Positions 36,326-50,135 of a DNA stretch of 64,000 bases are shown piece by piece. Position numbers and translations under genes: made by a program. The stretch is from the NCBI RefSeq assembly GCF_963921235.1, contig NC_086097.1, forward strand, positions 190,652,001-190,716,000. Direction: 5' to 3'. Positions within the stretch are counted from its first letter, which is position 1. Each line of letters starts with the position of its first letter. This DNA is from Mobula hypostoma (Eukaryota). The notes beneath the pieces are model-generated. The model made no database searches. It had not been told where the DNA came from and worked only from the letters and a program-made list of their open reading frames with translations.

Positions 36326-39300
36326 GGAGAATATTCCTCTATTTTTTCCTTCCTTTCTTTATATCTGCTCAGCTAGGATAGTAGAGATGCCAGGCAGGAT
36401 GGTTGAATGCTCTTCTAGCGGGATATTGGAAAGCAGGGAGACTGCCAGTGTCCCTGATGACTACAACTGTGAGAAGTGCATCCAGCTGCAGTTTCTACAA
36501 ATCTGCATTAAGGAGTCGGAGCTGGAAATGGATGAACTCTGGATCATTCGGAAGGCTAGGGGTTGATAGGTAGGACATATGGAGAGGTAGTTGCATCTGA
36601 GGTGCAGGGCACAGGAAACTGGGTGACAGTCAGGAAGGGGAAACGGGTTAAGGAGTCAGTGTAGAGTACCCCATGGCCATCACTCTCAATAACAAGTATA
36701 CTACTTTGGATACTGTTGGGAAGGGATGACTTAAGAGAGGAATGTCACAGTGGTCGGGTCTCTGGCACTGAGTCAAAGTCTGCCTCTGTTTGACTGTAGA
36801 ACGGAAGGGGGAAGAAGAGGCGCACTGTGGTAATAGGTGATTTGTTAGACAGGAGGTTCTGTGGGAAGTAACAAGATTCCCAGTTGGTATGATGCCTCCT
36901 GGGTGTCCAGGGTCTAGGAAAGCTAGGCATTCTTAAGTGGAGGGGTGAACAGCCAGAAGTTGTGGCCATGCAGGTACCAATGACATGGGTAGGACGAGTG
37001 ACAATGTTCTGCAAAGTGAGTTCAGGAAGTTAGTTGCTAAGTTAATGGCAGGACCCCCAGCATTGTGATCTCAGGATTGCTACCCATGCCACATGCTAGT
37101 GGGCCAGAACTAAAAAGGTTATACAGTTTAATACGTGACTAAGGAGTTGATGTAGGGGTGGATATAACATTGTTGGATCATTGGGCTCTCTTCCCGGGGA
37201 AGTGGGACCTGTACAGAAAGGACGGTGTGCACCTGAACTGGAGAGGGACTAACATCCTAATGGGAAGGTTTGTTAATGCTGCCCAGTGGGGTTTAAACCA
37301 CAGTTGCAGTGGGATGGGAACCAGACTGCTAGAACAGTTAGTGGAGAAGTTGTGGAGGCAGACGAAGTTAGGAATCAGAAAGTTGAGCATTCTGTGACTA
37401 GTGTCCTGAGCTGCATGTATTTCAGTGCAAGAAGCATCATAGGACAGGCAGATATACTGCTGAAGATGAGGTAGCTGGTTTACAAACAAAGGGAATGTGT
37501 AGTGATGAAAGTCTGTTGATAGGGCAAAATTGCAACAGGATGAGTTGCAACGTACAAGACAGACAAAATGGAAAAGGGTGCATACAGGACTGAAAATGTT
37601 GTATTTGAATACGCACAGTATAGAGAATAAGGTAGATGAACTTTTTGCAGAGTTGCAGATCGGCAGGCAAGATGTTGTAGGTATCACTGAGTCATGGCTG
37701 AAAGAAGATCATAGTTGGGAGCTTAATATCCAAGGATATACATTGTACTGAAAGGACAAGCAGGAAGACAGAGGAGTGGTGTTGCTCTATTGGTAAAAAA
37801 TGAAATGAAATCATTAAGAAGAGGTGACATAGAGTCAGAAGCTGTAGAATCACTGTGGAGAGAGCTAAGGAATTGCAAGGGTAAGAATACTCTGATGGGA
37901 GTTGATAACAGACCCCCAAACTGTAGTAAGGATGTGGTCTACAAATTACAAAGTGACATAGAAAATGCATGCCAAAGAGCAACATTGAAATAGTCATGGG
38001 GAATTTCAATATGCAGGTAGTTTGGGAAAATCAGGTTGGCACTGGATTCTAGGAGAGGGAATTTCTGAAGAGCCTAAGAGATGGCTTTTTAGAACAGCTT
38101 GTGGCTGAGCCTACTAAGGGATCAGCTATACCGAACTGGATATTGCGCAATGACTCAGACTTGCTTAGAGAGCTTAAGGTAAAAGAACCCTTAGGGGAAG
38201 TAAACATTATATGATTGAATTCACCCTGAAATTTGAGGAGAAACTAAAGTCAGGTGTATCAGTATTACAGTGGAGTAAAGAGAATTACAAAGCCATGAGA
38301 GAGGAGTTGATCAGAATTGATTGGAAAAGAACACTGACAAAGATAACTGCAGAGTAGCAATGGCTGGAATTTCTGGAACCAACTTGAAAGGCACAGGATA
38401 ATACATCCTAAAGAGGAAGATGTATTTTTAAAGGAAAGATGACACATTTGTAGCTAACAAGAGAAGTCAACGCCAACATAAAAGCCAAAAAGTGGGCATA
38501 TAATAGAGCACAAATTACCGAGAAGTTAGAGGATTGGGAAGCTTTAAAAAAACCAGAAGGTAACTAAAAACTCATTAAGAAGGTAAAGATGGAATATGAA
38601 AGTAAGCTAGCCAATAATTTTAAAGAAGATATGAAAAGATTCTTTAGATACATTAAGCATAAAATAGAGGTGATAGTGAATATCGGACAGCTGGAAAACA
38701 ATGCTGGAGTGGTAGTAATGGAGAACAACGTAATAGCAAACAAACTGAGTAAGTATTATGCATCAGTCTTCAGTGTGGCAGAAAGTAGCAGTATGGTGGA
38801 AGGAGTCATGAACTTTGTGAAGTTTTGATAACTAGACAGAAAGTTCTTGGGAAACTGAAAGATCCAAAGGTAGATAAGTCACTAGGACCAGATAATATAT
38901 AGCCCAGGGTTCTAAAAAAAGTGGCTGAAGAGATTATTGAGGCATTACGAATGGCCTTTCAAGAATCACTGGATTCTGGAATGACCTGGAAGACTGTAAG
39001 ATTGCAAACATCACTCCACTCTTTAAAAAGAGTGAGAGGCAGAAGAAAGTAAACTATAGGCCAGTTAGTCTGATCTCAGTGGTTAGTGCCTCCAAGTACC
39101 CTGAGACCTCATCCTTAATTGATTATTAAGGATGAGGTCTCAGGGTATGTGGAGGCACATGATAAATTAGGCCATAGTCAGCATGGTTTCCTGAAGGAAA
39201 AATCTTGCTTGTCAAAAGTGTTGGAATTCTTTGAAGAGATAAGAAGCAGGATAGACAAAAGAAAATCAGTCGATGTTGTGAATGTCAATTTTCAGAAATC

Positions 39301-39706
39301 TTTTGACAAGGTGCCTCACATGAGACTTCTTAACAAGCTGCGAGTCCATGATATAACAGGAAAGATTCTAGTATGGATAAAACAGTGGCTGATTGGCAAG
39401 AGGCAAAGAGAAGGAATAAAGGGAGTCTTTTCTGGTTGTCTGCCGGTGACTAGTGGTGTTCCACAGGGGTCTATGCTGGGGCCAATCCTTTTTGCCTTAT
39501 ATGTCAATGATCTGAAAGATGGAACATTGTTGCAAAGTTTGCTGATGATATGAAGATAGGCAGTGGGGCAGATAGCTCTGAGGAAGTAGAGAGACTACAT
39601 AAGTACGTATACAGATTAAGGCATTGGGCAAAGAAATGGCAGATAGACTACAGTGTTGGGAAGTGTATAGTCATGAACCCTGGTAGAAGAAATGGAAGTG
39701 TTGATT

Positions 39707-41449
39707 AAGCAGAACTTAGTCAAGATGGCGCTAAACAGCGACTCATTTGCTTGCATCTTCAGAAACAGCTCTATTTCCATCTTTAATATCTCTATTTTTC
39801 TTTTTCAGAGTTCTTTTGAAGACCCTGACCTGGAGTTACACACTGACTTTGGTTCTTTGTGGGAATGGGACCCACTCCCGCGGTTTCACAATTGGCCGTT
39901 ATCCGACATGCCAAGGCCGTGGCCTAAGAGCCCTAAGAACTCAGGGCTCTGGAGACTGTGTCCGATAGACCGGTGCGTCGTTGGAGCTGGAAGATCATTG
40001 GCTCTGTGCCCAGAGACCTGAGATGTTTGGGCACAGAGCTCTGAAAAAGTGATGCAATGGACTTTTAGCATTGTGTTATGTCTCCCGTCTCGCTGTGAAA
40101 CGGAGACATTTCTTTCTCTCTTACTAGGGATATATATTAATATATATATATTATGTAATATATATTAATCACTTGGATGAGGGAATTGAATGCAGCATCT
40201 CCAAGTTTGCGGATGACACGAAGCTGGGTGGCAGTGTTAGCTGTGAGGAGGATGCTAAGAGGATGCAGGGTGACTTGGATAGGTTGGGTGAGTGGGCAAA
40301 TTCATGGCAGATGCAAATTAATGTGGATAAATGTGAAGTTATCCACTTTGGTGGCAAAAATAGGAAAACAGATTATTATCTGAATGGTAGCCGATTAGGA
40401 AAAGGGGAGGTGCAACGAGACCTGGGTGTCATTATACACCAGTCATTGAAAGTGGGCATGCAGGTACAGCAGGCAGTGAAAAAGGCGAATGGTATGCTGG
40501 CATTTATAGCGAGAGGATTCGAGTACATGAGCAGGGAGGTACTACTGCAGTTGTACAAGGCCTTGGTGAGACCACACCTGGAGTATTGTGTGCAGTTTTG
40601 GTCCCCTAATCTGAGGAAAGACATCCTTGCCATAGAGGGAGTACAAAGAAGGTTCACCAGATTGATTCCTGGGATGGCAGGACTTTCATATGAAGAAAGA
40701 CTGGATGAACTGGGCTTGTACTCGTTGGAATTTAGAAGATTGAGGGGGGAAGATTGAAACGTATAAGATCCTAAAGGGATTGGACAGGCTAGATGCAGGA
40801 AGATTGTTCCCGATGTTGGGGAAGTCCAGAACGAGGGGCCACAGTTTGCGGATAAAGGGGAAGCCTTTTAGGACCGAGATTAGGAAAAACTTCTTCACAC
40901 AGAGAGTGGTGAATCTGTGGAATTCTCTGCCACAGGAAACAGTTGAGGCCAGTTCATTGGCTATATTTAAGAGGGAGTTAGATATGGCCCTTGTGGCTAC
41001 GGGGGTCAGGGGGTATGGAGGGAAGGCTGGGGTGGGATTCTGAGTTGGATGATCAGCCATGATCATAATAAATGGCGGTGCAGGCTCGAAAGGCCGAATG
41101 GCCTACTCCTGCACCTATTTTCTATAACCTGTGGTATGTTGAATACTGGGTGAACGCATAGACTTCGGGTACTGCAAGTCTGTGTCTTTGCTGTTGCTTT
41201 TGCTGCACGTTTGAGTGCTTGGCGACGGGCACCAATGATTTTTTTTGCCAGTGGGGGTAGGGGGAATCATTGCTTGCTGCCACTTAGGCACAGGAGGGAG
41301 GGGAGCTCGGGGGACTTCGGAGTTCTAACATTTAACTGTCATTTATGCTTGGGACACTCCTGTTTTCATGGATGGTTGTGAAGAAAAAACATTTCCGGAT
41401 GTATATTGTATACATTTCTCTGACATTAAATGTAACTTTGAAACCTTTG
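39707..41449 (+). mobile_element. Non-autonomous L2/Rex-like retroposon split by a young CR1
   Basis: caagatggcg 5' motif; 3' end ctgacattaaa...tttgaaacctttga; interrupts CR1 at gttga|ctattttctaaatgg. Confidence 0.6.
40150..41125 (+). mobile_element. Young 5'-truncated CR1
   Basis: 194-aa open RT C-terminal frame (KFADDTKLGG, HLEYCVQFWSP) and 3' UTR. Confidence 0.93.
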
Positions 41450-44377
41450 AGACTATTTTCTAAATGGGGAGAAAATACAAAAAAACTGAGATTCGAAGGG
41501 ATTTGGCAGTGCTTGTGTAGGATTCACTAAAGGTTAATTTGCAGGTTGAGTTCGTGGTGTGAAAGCCAAATGCAATGTTAGTATTCATTTCAAAAGGGCT
41601 AAAATATAAAAGCAAGGATGTAATGTTGAGACTTTATAAAGCACTGATGAGGCCTCACTTGGTGTATCGTGAACAGTTTTGGGTCCCTTATCTTTGAAAG
41701 GATGTGCTGAAACTGGAGAGGTTTTAAAGGAGGTTCATGAAAATGATTCCAGGATTGAATGGCTTGTCATTCGAAGAGCATTTGATGGCTCTGGGCCTGT
41801 AGTCTCTAGAATTCAGAAAAGTAAGGGGTGACCTGATTGAAACCTATTGAGTGGTGAAAGACCTTGACAAGGTGAATATAGAATGAATGTTTCCTCTGGT
41901 GGGAGAGTCTAAGACCAGAGGACACAGCGTCAGGATAGAGGGGTGTCAGTTCATTCGGATACGGCCCAATTGCAGAAAGAGAGACGCTGAACTGGGTTGA
42001 TAGTTCACAGACTTTAATGCTAATAGGGTTTTAAGGGAAAGGAAATCAATAAACATAGGACCAAACAGAGGTGTTACCTAAATCAGACAGAAAGCTAAAT
42101 GCCAACACTGCGGCTGAAGGGAATATCTAAATATCAAACGAGTACCACTAGTCTTCAGTGTCAGTCGACTGGACAGTCCACTTTCTCAGGCAGGGCTGAA
42201 TGCAAGCAGGCAGTGTAATGTTGCTGTGTTTCGCGCAAGTCTCAACAAGCATGGCAGCAAAAAGAATGGAGTTAAATACCACCATAATGAAATAAGAATT
42301 AGCTGATACATGCATATTCATGAGTGCAATTGCCGAATTGCTGCACTGCCGAGCCATGGTTGTAAAAGGACCCCCATCCCTAGGTGCAGCTCCTGAGGCA
42401 CGACAGACTTTTGCACGCTGGAAGTCCCGGATGAGCGACTTGTACAAGATATCTTTTGCTGAAATCCAAGAATGTTCTTCAAAACCATACCCTTCCCAAT
42501 CCACAAGGTACTGGACCTTACCATGTACCCAGTGAGATGCCAGGAGGCGCTACACCGTATAGAGCAGGAAACCATCCACTATGCAGGGAGGAGGGGGAGG
42601 TGGGGTGACTGGGGCCAGGGGAGAAGTAGTGACCAGCTTGAGCTGGGAAACATGGAATACTGTTTGAATCTTCAGTGATGCTGGTAGATGCAATCTATAC
42701 GAGATGTTGTTGACAGCCTTTCCCACAACAAAAGGTCCCACATAGTGCAGAATCATTTTGTGGCTTTTGACTTTCAGGGGAAGATTCCTCCTTTCCTGGT
42801 TTAAATGGCCTTATCAGTCAGTGGAGCTGATCAGCCTGTCAGGCATGTTGCTCCTCCAAGTGTGCTTGTAGTGCTGGAGCAGCTGTTCAGCAGCACAAAC
42901 TCTTACATCAATCCGCTGGTCAGGGAAAAGTGATGGCTGGAATCCCTTCTGGCATTCAAAGGAGTGCATACTCATGGAGGAAGACTGTAGTTATTGTGGG
43001 CAATCTCTGCCCAAACCAATTGGGAGCTCTAGGATGTGGGGTTGGAAGAGGCAAAGCTGCACAGGGTTGTCTCCAATTCCTGGTTCAGTTTCTCAGTCTG
43101 GCCATTAGATTGGGGGTAGAAACCAGACGGAGGCTGGCCATGGCTCCTTCAAGACAGCCAAGAGCCTTCCAAAAGCGGGAAGTGAACTGTGGTCCACGAT
43201 CAGACACTATGTGTTGAGGGAAGCTATGGAGTCTGAACAGATGAGGAATCATGAGTGTGGCAGTCTCATGAGCTGCTGGGAGCTTAGGGAGGGCAATGAA
43301 GTGGGCATCCTTGGAAAATTGATCCACAATGACCAAAATGATAGTGTTTCCATTTGATGGGGGCAGTCCAGTTATGAAATCCACTGAGAGGTGGGACCAG
43401 GGGCTGTGGAGCATAGGCAGCGAATGCAGCGGACCCGCAGGATGCTAGTGTAATATCTTGTTCTAAGCACAGGTGGTACAGGCAGATATGATGTAGTGGA
43501 CATCCTGGGATATAGATGGCCACCAAAATTGTCTTTTTATAATCTCCTGGGCCTATTGAATTCCCAGATATCCAGCTAGCAGGGAGGAATGACCCCATTC
43601 CAACACTTTGGAGCGCACTGCAACAGGGACAAACAGCCAGTTGGGAGGTCCCCCACCCGGGCCTGGGTCCAACTATTGGGCAGCCCTCACCTCCACCTCT
43701 ATTCCCCAGATCACTGAAGCAGCAATACAAGAGCGAGGAAGAATGGGGTCTGTGACATAGTTTTTCCAGTTATATAATGACAAAAAGGGAGGTGAGAACT
43801 GATATTGGATTACTGGAAAATGATACTGGTGAGGTAGAATGGGAGACAAATAAATGGCAAATGAACTTAATGGGTACTTTTGCATATGTGTTCACCGTGG
43901 AAGACAATAGTAGAGTGCCGGAGGGTGTCAGGGAACAGGAGTGAGTGTCATTGGAAAAAGTGCTAGGCAAACTCAAAGACCTTAAAGTGGATAAATCACC
44001 TGGGCCAGATGGACTACATCGTAGAGTCCCGTGAGAGGTTGCTGAAGAGATAAAGGATGCATTGGTCATGAATCACTTGATTCTGGCATGGTCCCGAAGG
44101 ATGTCACTCCACTCTTTAAGAAGGAAGGAAAGCAAAAGAAAGGAAATAATGGGCCAGTCAGCCTAAACTCAGTGGCTGTGAAAGAATTGAAGTCTATTAT
44201 TAAGGACGAGGTTTCTTTGGAGAAGTCATGAGCAGGGTGGACAAAGGAGAACAGTGGATGTCATTAACTTGGAATTTTTAGAAGGTGTTTGATAAAGTGC
44301 CACAGATGAGGCTGCTTAACAAGATAAAATACTATGGCGCTACAGGAAAGGTTTTGGCACATATAATAGAACGGCTG

Positions 44378-44727
44378 TTCCTCAGAAGAATGCTATGCAT
44401 ATCACATATGGACAGGATCACCAACGAAGAAGTTCTACAGAGAACGAAAACAAAATGTACATTACTTAAGAAAATCAGAAAACAGCAATCAGAGTTCTGT
44501 GGACACATCAGGCGAAGAGAGACATTAGAACATTTAGTTACAACTGGAAAGCTGGAAGGAAAAAAGGAAAAAGAAGCAGAGGCAGACAGAGAATGAAAAT
44601 GACAGATGGAATAACATCATAGTTAGAAACAGGGGAGGCAACAACTGCAATTCGGAGGGTCAGGGACCGTGATAGATGGAGGGACATGATCGCCTACGCC
44701 GAATGGCAAGGCACCAGAATATAATAT
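44378..44727 (+). mobile_element. 5'-truncated RTE-clade LINE
   Basis: FLRRML.IS..DRITNEEVL...GHIRRR...TGKLEGK; 17-bp TSD atataat[a/g]gaacggctg (44361-44377, 44728-44744). Confidence 0.88.
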
Positions 44728-45190
44728 ATATAATGGAACGGCTGACAGGCAGGAGGCAGTGAGTAGGACTAAAAGGGGCCTTTTCTGGCTGCTGGATGCT
44801 AGTGGTGCTCCTCAAGTGTCAGTATAGGGACAATTACTTTTCTCATTGTTTGTCAATGATTTACATCATGGAATTGATGCCTTTTTAGCAAAGTTTGAGG
44901 ATGATACAAAGTTAGATGGAGGGGTTGGTAGTGCTGATGAAGCAATGCGATTGCAGCAGGACTTAAACAAATTGGAGGAATGGACCAATAAGTGGCAGAT
45001 GGAATACAGTGTTGGGAAATGTATGATGATGCATTTTGGTAAAAAGAACAATAATGAAGACTATTATCTAAATGGAGAGAAGGTTCAAACATTAGAGGTG
45101 CAGCGGGACTTAAGGATCCTTGTGCAAGACTCCCAGAAGGTTATTTGATTCAGGTTGAGTCTATGGTAAAGACAACAAATGTAATGTTGG

Positions 45191-46692
45191 CAACACACAT
45201 CAAAGTTGCTGGTGAACGCAGCAGACCAGGCAGCATCTCTAGGAAGAGGTACAGTCAATGTTTCGGGCCTAGACCCTTAGTCAGGGCTAACTGAAGGAAG
45301 AGCTAGTAAGAGACTTGAAAGTGGGAGGGGGAGGGGGAGATCCAAAGTGATAGGAGAAGACAGGAGGGTGGGGGATGGAGACAAGAGCTGAACAGTTGAT
45401 TGGCAAAAGGGATATGAGAGGATCATGGGACAGGAGGCCCAGGGAGAAGTAAAAGAGGGAGGGGGGAAAAAAACCCAGAGGATGGGCAAGGGGTATAGTC
45501 GGAGGGACAGAGGGAGAAAAAGAAGAGAGAGAGAAAGAATGTGTGTATATAAATAAATAATGGATGGGGTACGAGGGGGAGGTGGGGCATTAGCGGAAGT
45601 TAGAGAAGTCAATGTTCATGCAGTCAGGTTGGAGGCTACCCAGACGGAATATAAGGTGTTGTTCCTCCAACTTGAGTGTTGCTTCATCTTTACAGTAGAG
45701 GAGGCCATGGATAGACATATCAGAATGGGAATGGGATGTGGAACTAAAATATGTGGCCACTGGGAGATCCTGCTTTTTCTGGCGGACAGAGCATAGCTGT
45801 TCAGCAAAACGATCTCCCAGTCTGCGTCGGGTCTCGCCAATATATAGAAGACCACACTGGGAACACCAGACGCAGTATATCACCCCAGCCGACTCACAGG
45901 TGAAGTGTCGCCTCACCTGGAAGGACTGTCTGGGGCCCTGAATGGTGGTAAGGGAGGAAGTGTAAGGGCATGTGTAGCACTTGTTCCACTTTCAAGGATA
46001 AGTACCAGGAGGGAGATCAGTGGGGAGGGATGGAGGGGACGAATGGACAAGGGAGTCGCGTAGGGAGCGATCCCTGCGGAATGCAGAGAGATGGGGGGAG
46101 GGAAAGATGTGCTTAGTGGTGGGATCCCGTTGGAGGTGGCGGAAGTTACGGAGAATAATATGTTGGACCCGGAGGCTGGTGGGGTGGTAGGTGAGGACCA
46201 GGGGAACCCTATTCCTAGTGAGGTGACGGGAGGATGGAGTGAGAGCAGATGTGCATGAAATGGGGGAGATACGTTTGAGAGCAGAGTTGATGGTGGAGGA
46301 AGGGAAGCCCCTTTCTTTAAAAAAGGAGGACATCTCCCTTGTCCTGAGAGCAGATGCGGCGGAGACGGAGGACTCACGAGAAGGGGATGGCATTTTTGCA
46401 AGCGACAGGGTGAGAAGAAGAATAGTCCAGATTGCTGTGAAAGTCAGTAGGCTTATAGTAGACATCAGTAGATAAGCTGTCACCAGAGATAGAGACAGAA
46501 AGATCTAGAAAGGGGAGGGAGGTGTCGGAAATGAACCAGGTAAACTTGAGGGCAGGGTGAAAGTTGGAGGCAAAGTTAATGAAGTCAACGAGCTCAGCAT
46601 GCGTGCAGGAAGCAGTGCCAATGCAGCCGTCAATGTAGCGAAGGGAAAGTGGGGGACAGATACCAGAATAGGTTTGGAACATAGATCGTTCC
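45191..46692 (-). mobile_element. 5'-truncated Penelope-like element (RT C-terminus and GIY-YIG endonuclease)
   Basis: LRYIDGC, TDVYYKPTD, GVIYCVWCSQCGLLYIGETRR; mutated hammerhead 45252-45293; 16-bp TSD acaaatg[t/c]aatgttgg (45175-45190, 46693-46708). Confidence 0.93.
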
Positions 46693-47816
46693 ACAAATGC
46701 AATGTTGGTATTTATTTCAAGGGGAATAGAATATAAAAGCAAAGGGATAATGCTGAGCCTTTATGAGACACTAGTCAGGCCAGCTTGGAGTATTGTCAAC
46801 AGTTTTGGGCTCCGTATCTCAGAAAAGATGTGTTGTCATTGGAGAAAGTCCAGAGGAGGTTCATGAGGATGATTCCGGGAGTGAAGGGGTTAACATATGA
46901 GGAGTGTTTGACAGCTTTAGCACTGGAATTTAAAGGAATGCAGAGGATCTCATTGAAACCTATTGAATGTTGAAAGGATTAGATAGGGTGGATGTGGAGA
47001 GGATGCTTCTTACGGTGGGGGCATCCAGGACTAGAGGGCACAGCCTCAAATTTCAGGGGCATCCCTTTAGAGCAGAGGTATGGAAGAATACTTCAGCCAG
47101 ATAGTAGTAAATCCATGGAATGCTCTGCCACAGACTGCGATGAAGGCAAAGTCCGTGTGTATTTTTGAGGTGAAGTTTATTTCACAGACTTTAATGCACC
47201 AGAGTTTTAAGGGAGAGGATATACAAGGCCAAACAGGGACATTAACTAAAACTCTCAAATGAAAGAACTCGATGCCAACACACCGGCTGAAAGGAATATC
47301 TAAATATAAAATGAATACTACTGGTCTTCAGCATCAGTTGAGTTGACAGAACGCTCTCACAGGCAAGGCAGAATGCAAGCAGACAGCATAGCGTTGCTGT
47401 GCTTTGCTCAAGGCTCAACAAGCACTACAATGAAAAGGAGTTGAATACTGCCATATGGAATAATAATCAGCTGACATGTGATACTCACGAGTACAATTGT
47501 CAAACCTACTGCTCTGGTGAGTCCATGGTGGTGACAAGGTGTGTCCTTTTAGAATGAAGATAAGGAGGAATTTATTTAGCCAGAGAGTGGCGAATCTGTG
47601 GAATTCTTTGCCACAGGCAGCTGTGGAGACCAAGTCTTTACGCGCATTTAATGCAGAGGTTATTAGATTCTTGAGTGTTCAATGCACGAAGAGATACAAG
47701 AGTATGCAGGAAATTGGGGTTGAGAAGAAAATTGGATTACCCTTGATAGAATGGTGGAGCAGACTTAATGGGCCAAATGGCCTAATTCTGCTCCTATATC
47801 TTATGGTCTGGAGGAT

Positions 47817-49065
47817 CATAGAAACATAGAAACATAGAAAATAGGTGCAGGAGTAGGCCATTCGGCCCTTCGAGCCTGCACCACCATTCAGTATGATCAT
47901 GGCTGATCATCCAACTCAGAACCCTGTACCAGCCTTCCCTCCATACCCCCTGATCCCCCTAGCCACAAGGGCCATATCTAACTCCCTCTTAAATATAGCC
48001 AATGAACTGGCCTCAACTGTTTCCTGTGGCAGAGAATTCCACAGACTCACCACTCTCTGTGTGAAGAAGTTTTGTCTAATCTCGGTCCTAAAAGGCTTCC
48101 CCTTTATTCTCAAACTGTGACCCCTCGTTCTGGACTTCCCCAACATCGGGAACAATCTTCCTGCATCTAGCCTGTCCAATCCCTTTAGGATTTTATATGT
48201 TTCAATCAGATCCCCCCTCAATCTTCTAAATTCCAACGAGTATAAGCCCAGTTCATCCAGTCTTTCATCATATGAAAGTCCTGCCATCCCAGGAATCAAT
48301 CTGGTGAACCTTCTTTGTACTCCCTCTATGGCAAGGATGTCTTTCCTCAGATTAGGGGACCAAAACTGCACACAATACTCCAGGTCTCACTAAGGCCTTG
48401 TAACACTGCAGTAGTACCTCCCTGCTCCTGTACTCGAATCCCCTTGCTATAAATGCCAGCATACCATTCGCCTTTTTCATTACCTGCTGTACCTGCATGC
48501 CCACTTTCAATGACTGGTGTATAATGACACCCAGGTCTCGTTGCACCTCCCCTTTTCCTAATCGGCCACCATTCAGATAATAATCTGTTTTCCTGTTTTT
48601 GCCACCAAAGTGGATAACTTCACATTTATCCACATTAAATTGCATCTGCCATGAATTTGCCCACTCATCTAACCTATCCAAGTCACCCTGCATCCTCTTA
48701 GCATCCCCCTCACAGCTAACACTGCCGCCCAGCTTCGTGTCGTCTGCAAACTTGGAGATGCTGCATTTAATTCCCTCATCCAAGTCATTAATATATATTG
48801 TAAACAACTGGGGTCCCAGCACTGAGCCTTGCGGTACCCCACTAGTCACTGCCTGCCATTCTGAAAAGGTCCCGTTTATTCCCACTCTTTGCTTCCTGTC
48901 TGCCAACCAATTCTCTATCCACATCAATACCTTACCCCTAATACTGTGTGCTTTAAGTTTGCACACTAATCTCCTGTGTGGGACCTTGTTCAAAGCCTTT
49001 TGAAAATCCAAATATACCACATCCACTGGTTCTCCCCTATCCACTCTACTAGTTACATCCTCGGT
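47817..49065 (-). mobile_element. Young 5'-truncated CR1
   Basis: 230-aa and 151-aa RT frames; (catagaaa)n tail; nearly identical to 40150-41125. Confidence 0.93.
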
Positions 49066-49827
49066 TTAGGATCTGAGGATATAATATCAGAATAAAGGGA
49101 CATCCCTTTAAAACTGATGTGAGGAGAAATTTCTTCAACTAGTGGGTAGTGAATCATAGAATTTGTTGCAATATGGGCTGTGGAGGCCAATTCACTGGGT
49201 GTACTTAAGTCAGGGATTGATATGTTGTTGAATGGAAAGAGGGTTAAGGGTTATTGGGACAAAAAGGGACTATCAATTGAAAGAAGAACAGCTATGCTTG
49301 AATAGGTGAACAGACTCGGTTGGCTGAATGGCCCAGTCCTGCTCCTGTGTCTTATGGTCTTATGATTAAGCCACCAGAGTAGGGAATTCCAAAGGTTTAC
49401 AACCTTCTTTGTGAGGACATTTTCCCGAATCTCAATTCTGAGTGGCCTATCACTAATGAAGAGTCCATGCCCCAGTTTTTAAACATCTCAGCCAGTGAAA
49501 ACACTTTCTCTACATCCGTTTTGTGTGAGTGGGATGTGTACTCATTCTACTAAACTCTAAATATAGACCAGGTAAATTCCAATATCATGTTATAAAACAA
49601 ACTCATAATTCCAGAAACAAGTCTACTGAGTCTTTGCTGCACTTTCTCCAGTCTGGTCCTACCAAGACCCTGTACTACTGCAGCAAGACATCTTAACTCC
49701 TGTAGCCAACTCCTTTTGTAACAAGGAGTATCATACCATTTGACCTCCCATTCACTTGCTGTGCCTGCATATTGGTTTTGATGACTTTTTTGCAAAGTTA
49801 TTTAAGTTAACTTAAACATCATTATTA

Positions 49828-50135
49828 CCCAGCATAAAAACAAACCGCTGGAGGAGCACATTGGGTCAAGCTGCATCTGTAAGGGGGAAAGGGATTGTTG
49901 ATAGCTTGGTCAGGACCCTGATTCAAGGCTGAGAGTGAAGAAGAAAGGTAGATGGTATAATTCTTTATACCTCTATCTTCCCTCTCCAATCTCAATCCAG
50001 ATGCTATCTTGACCCAAAATGTGAACAATTCCTCTCTGGCACACCCCGCCTCAACAGAGCTTTTTCAATCCACTGACCACCTCCAGCAATTTGCTTTTTG
50101 CTCCACATTCCAATATCTACAGTTCCTTTTATCTC
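49828..50135. mobile_element. Old PLE-derived fold-back element
   Basis: gctggaggagcac..gcatctg arm and inverse ..cacctccagc arm around hammerhead-like remnants. Confidence 0.55.

Larger units (their letters stand above)
43760..47180 (+). mobile_element. CR1 RT fragment inside the Gypsy relic
   Basis: FDKVPQMRLLNKIK, KFEDDTKL, EYCQQFWAPYLRKD. Confidence 0.85.
41944..47536 (-). mobile_element. Chromoviral Gypsy relic (two LTRs, integrase and chromodomain only)
   Basis: LTR copies 41944-~42366 and ~47180-47536; TSD agggg/aggtg; [32 protein letters not shown]. Confidence 0.85.
36330..47808 (+). mobile_element. Near-full-length CR1 hosting a multi-layer nest
   Basis: ORF1 zinc finger and zipper (MVECSS..CEKCIQLQ), esterase (DGVHLNWRGTNIL), APE (DVVGITESWL), RT; resumes at 41450 and 47537; tail tcttatggtct. 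Confidence 0.85.
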
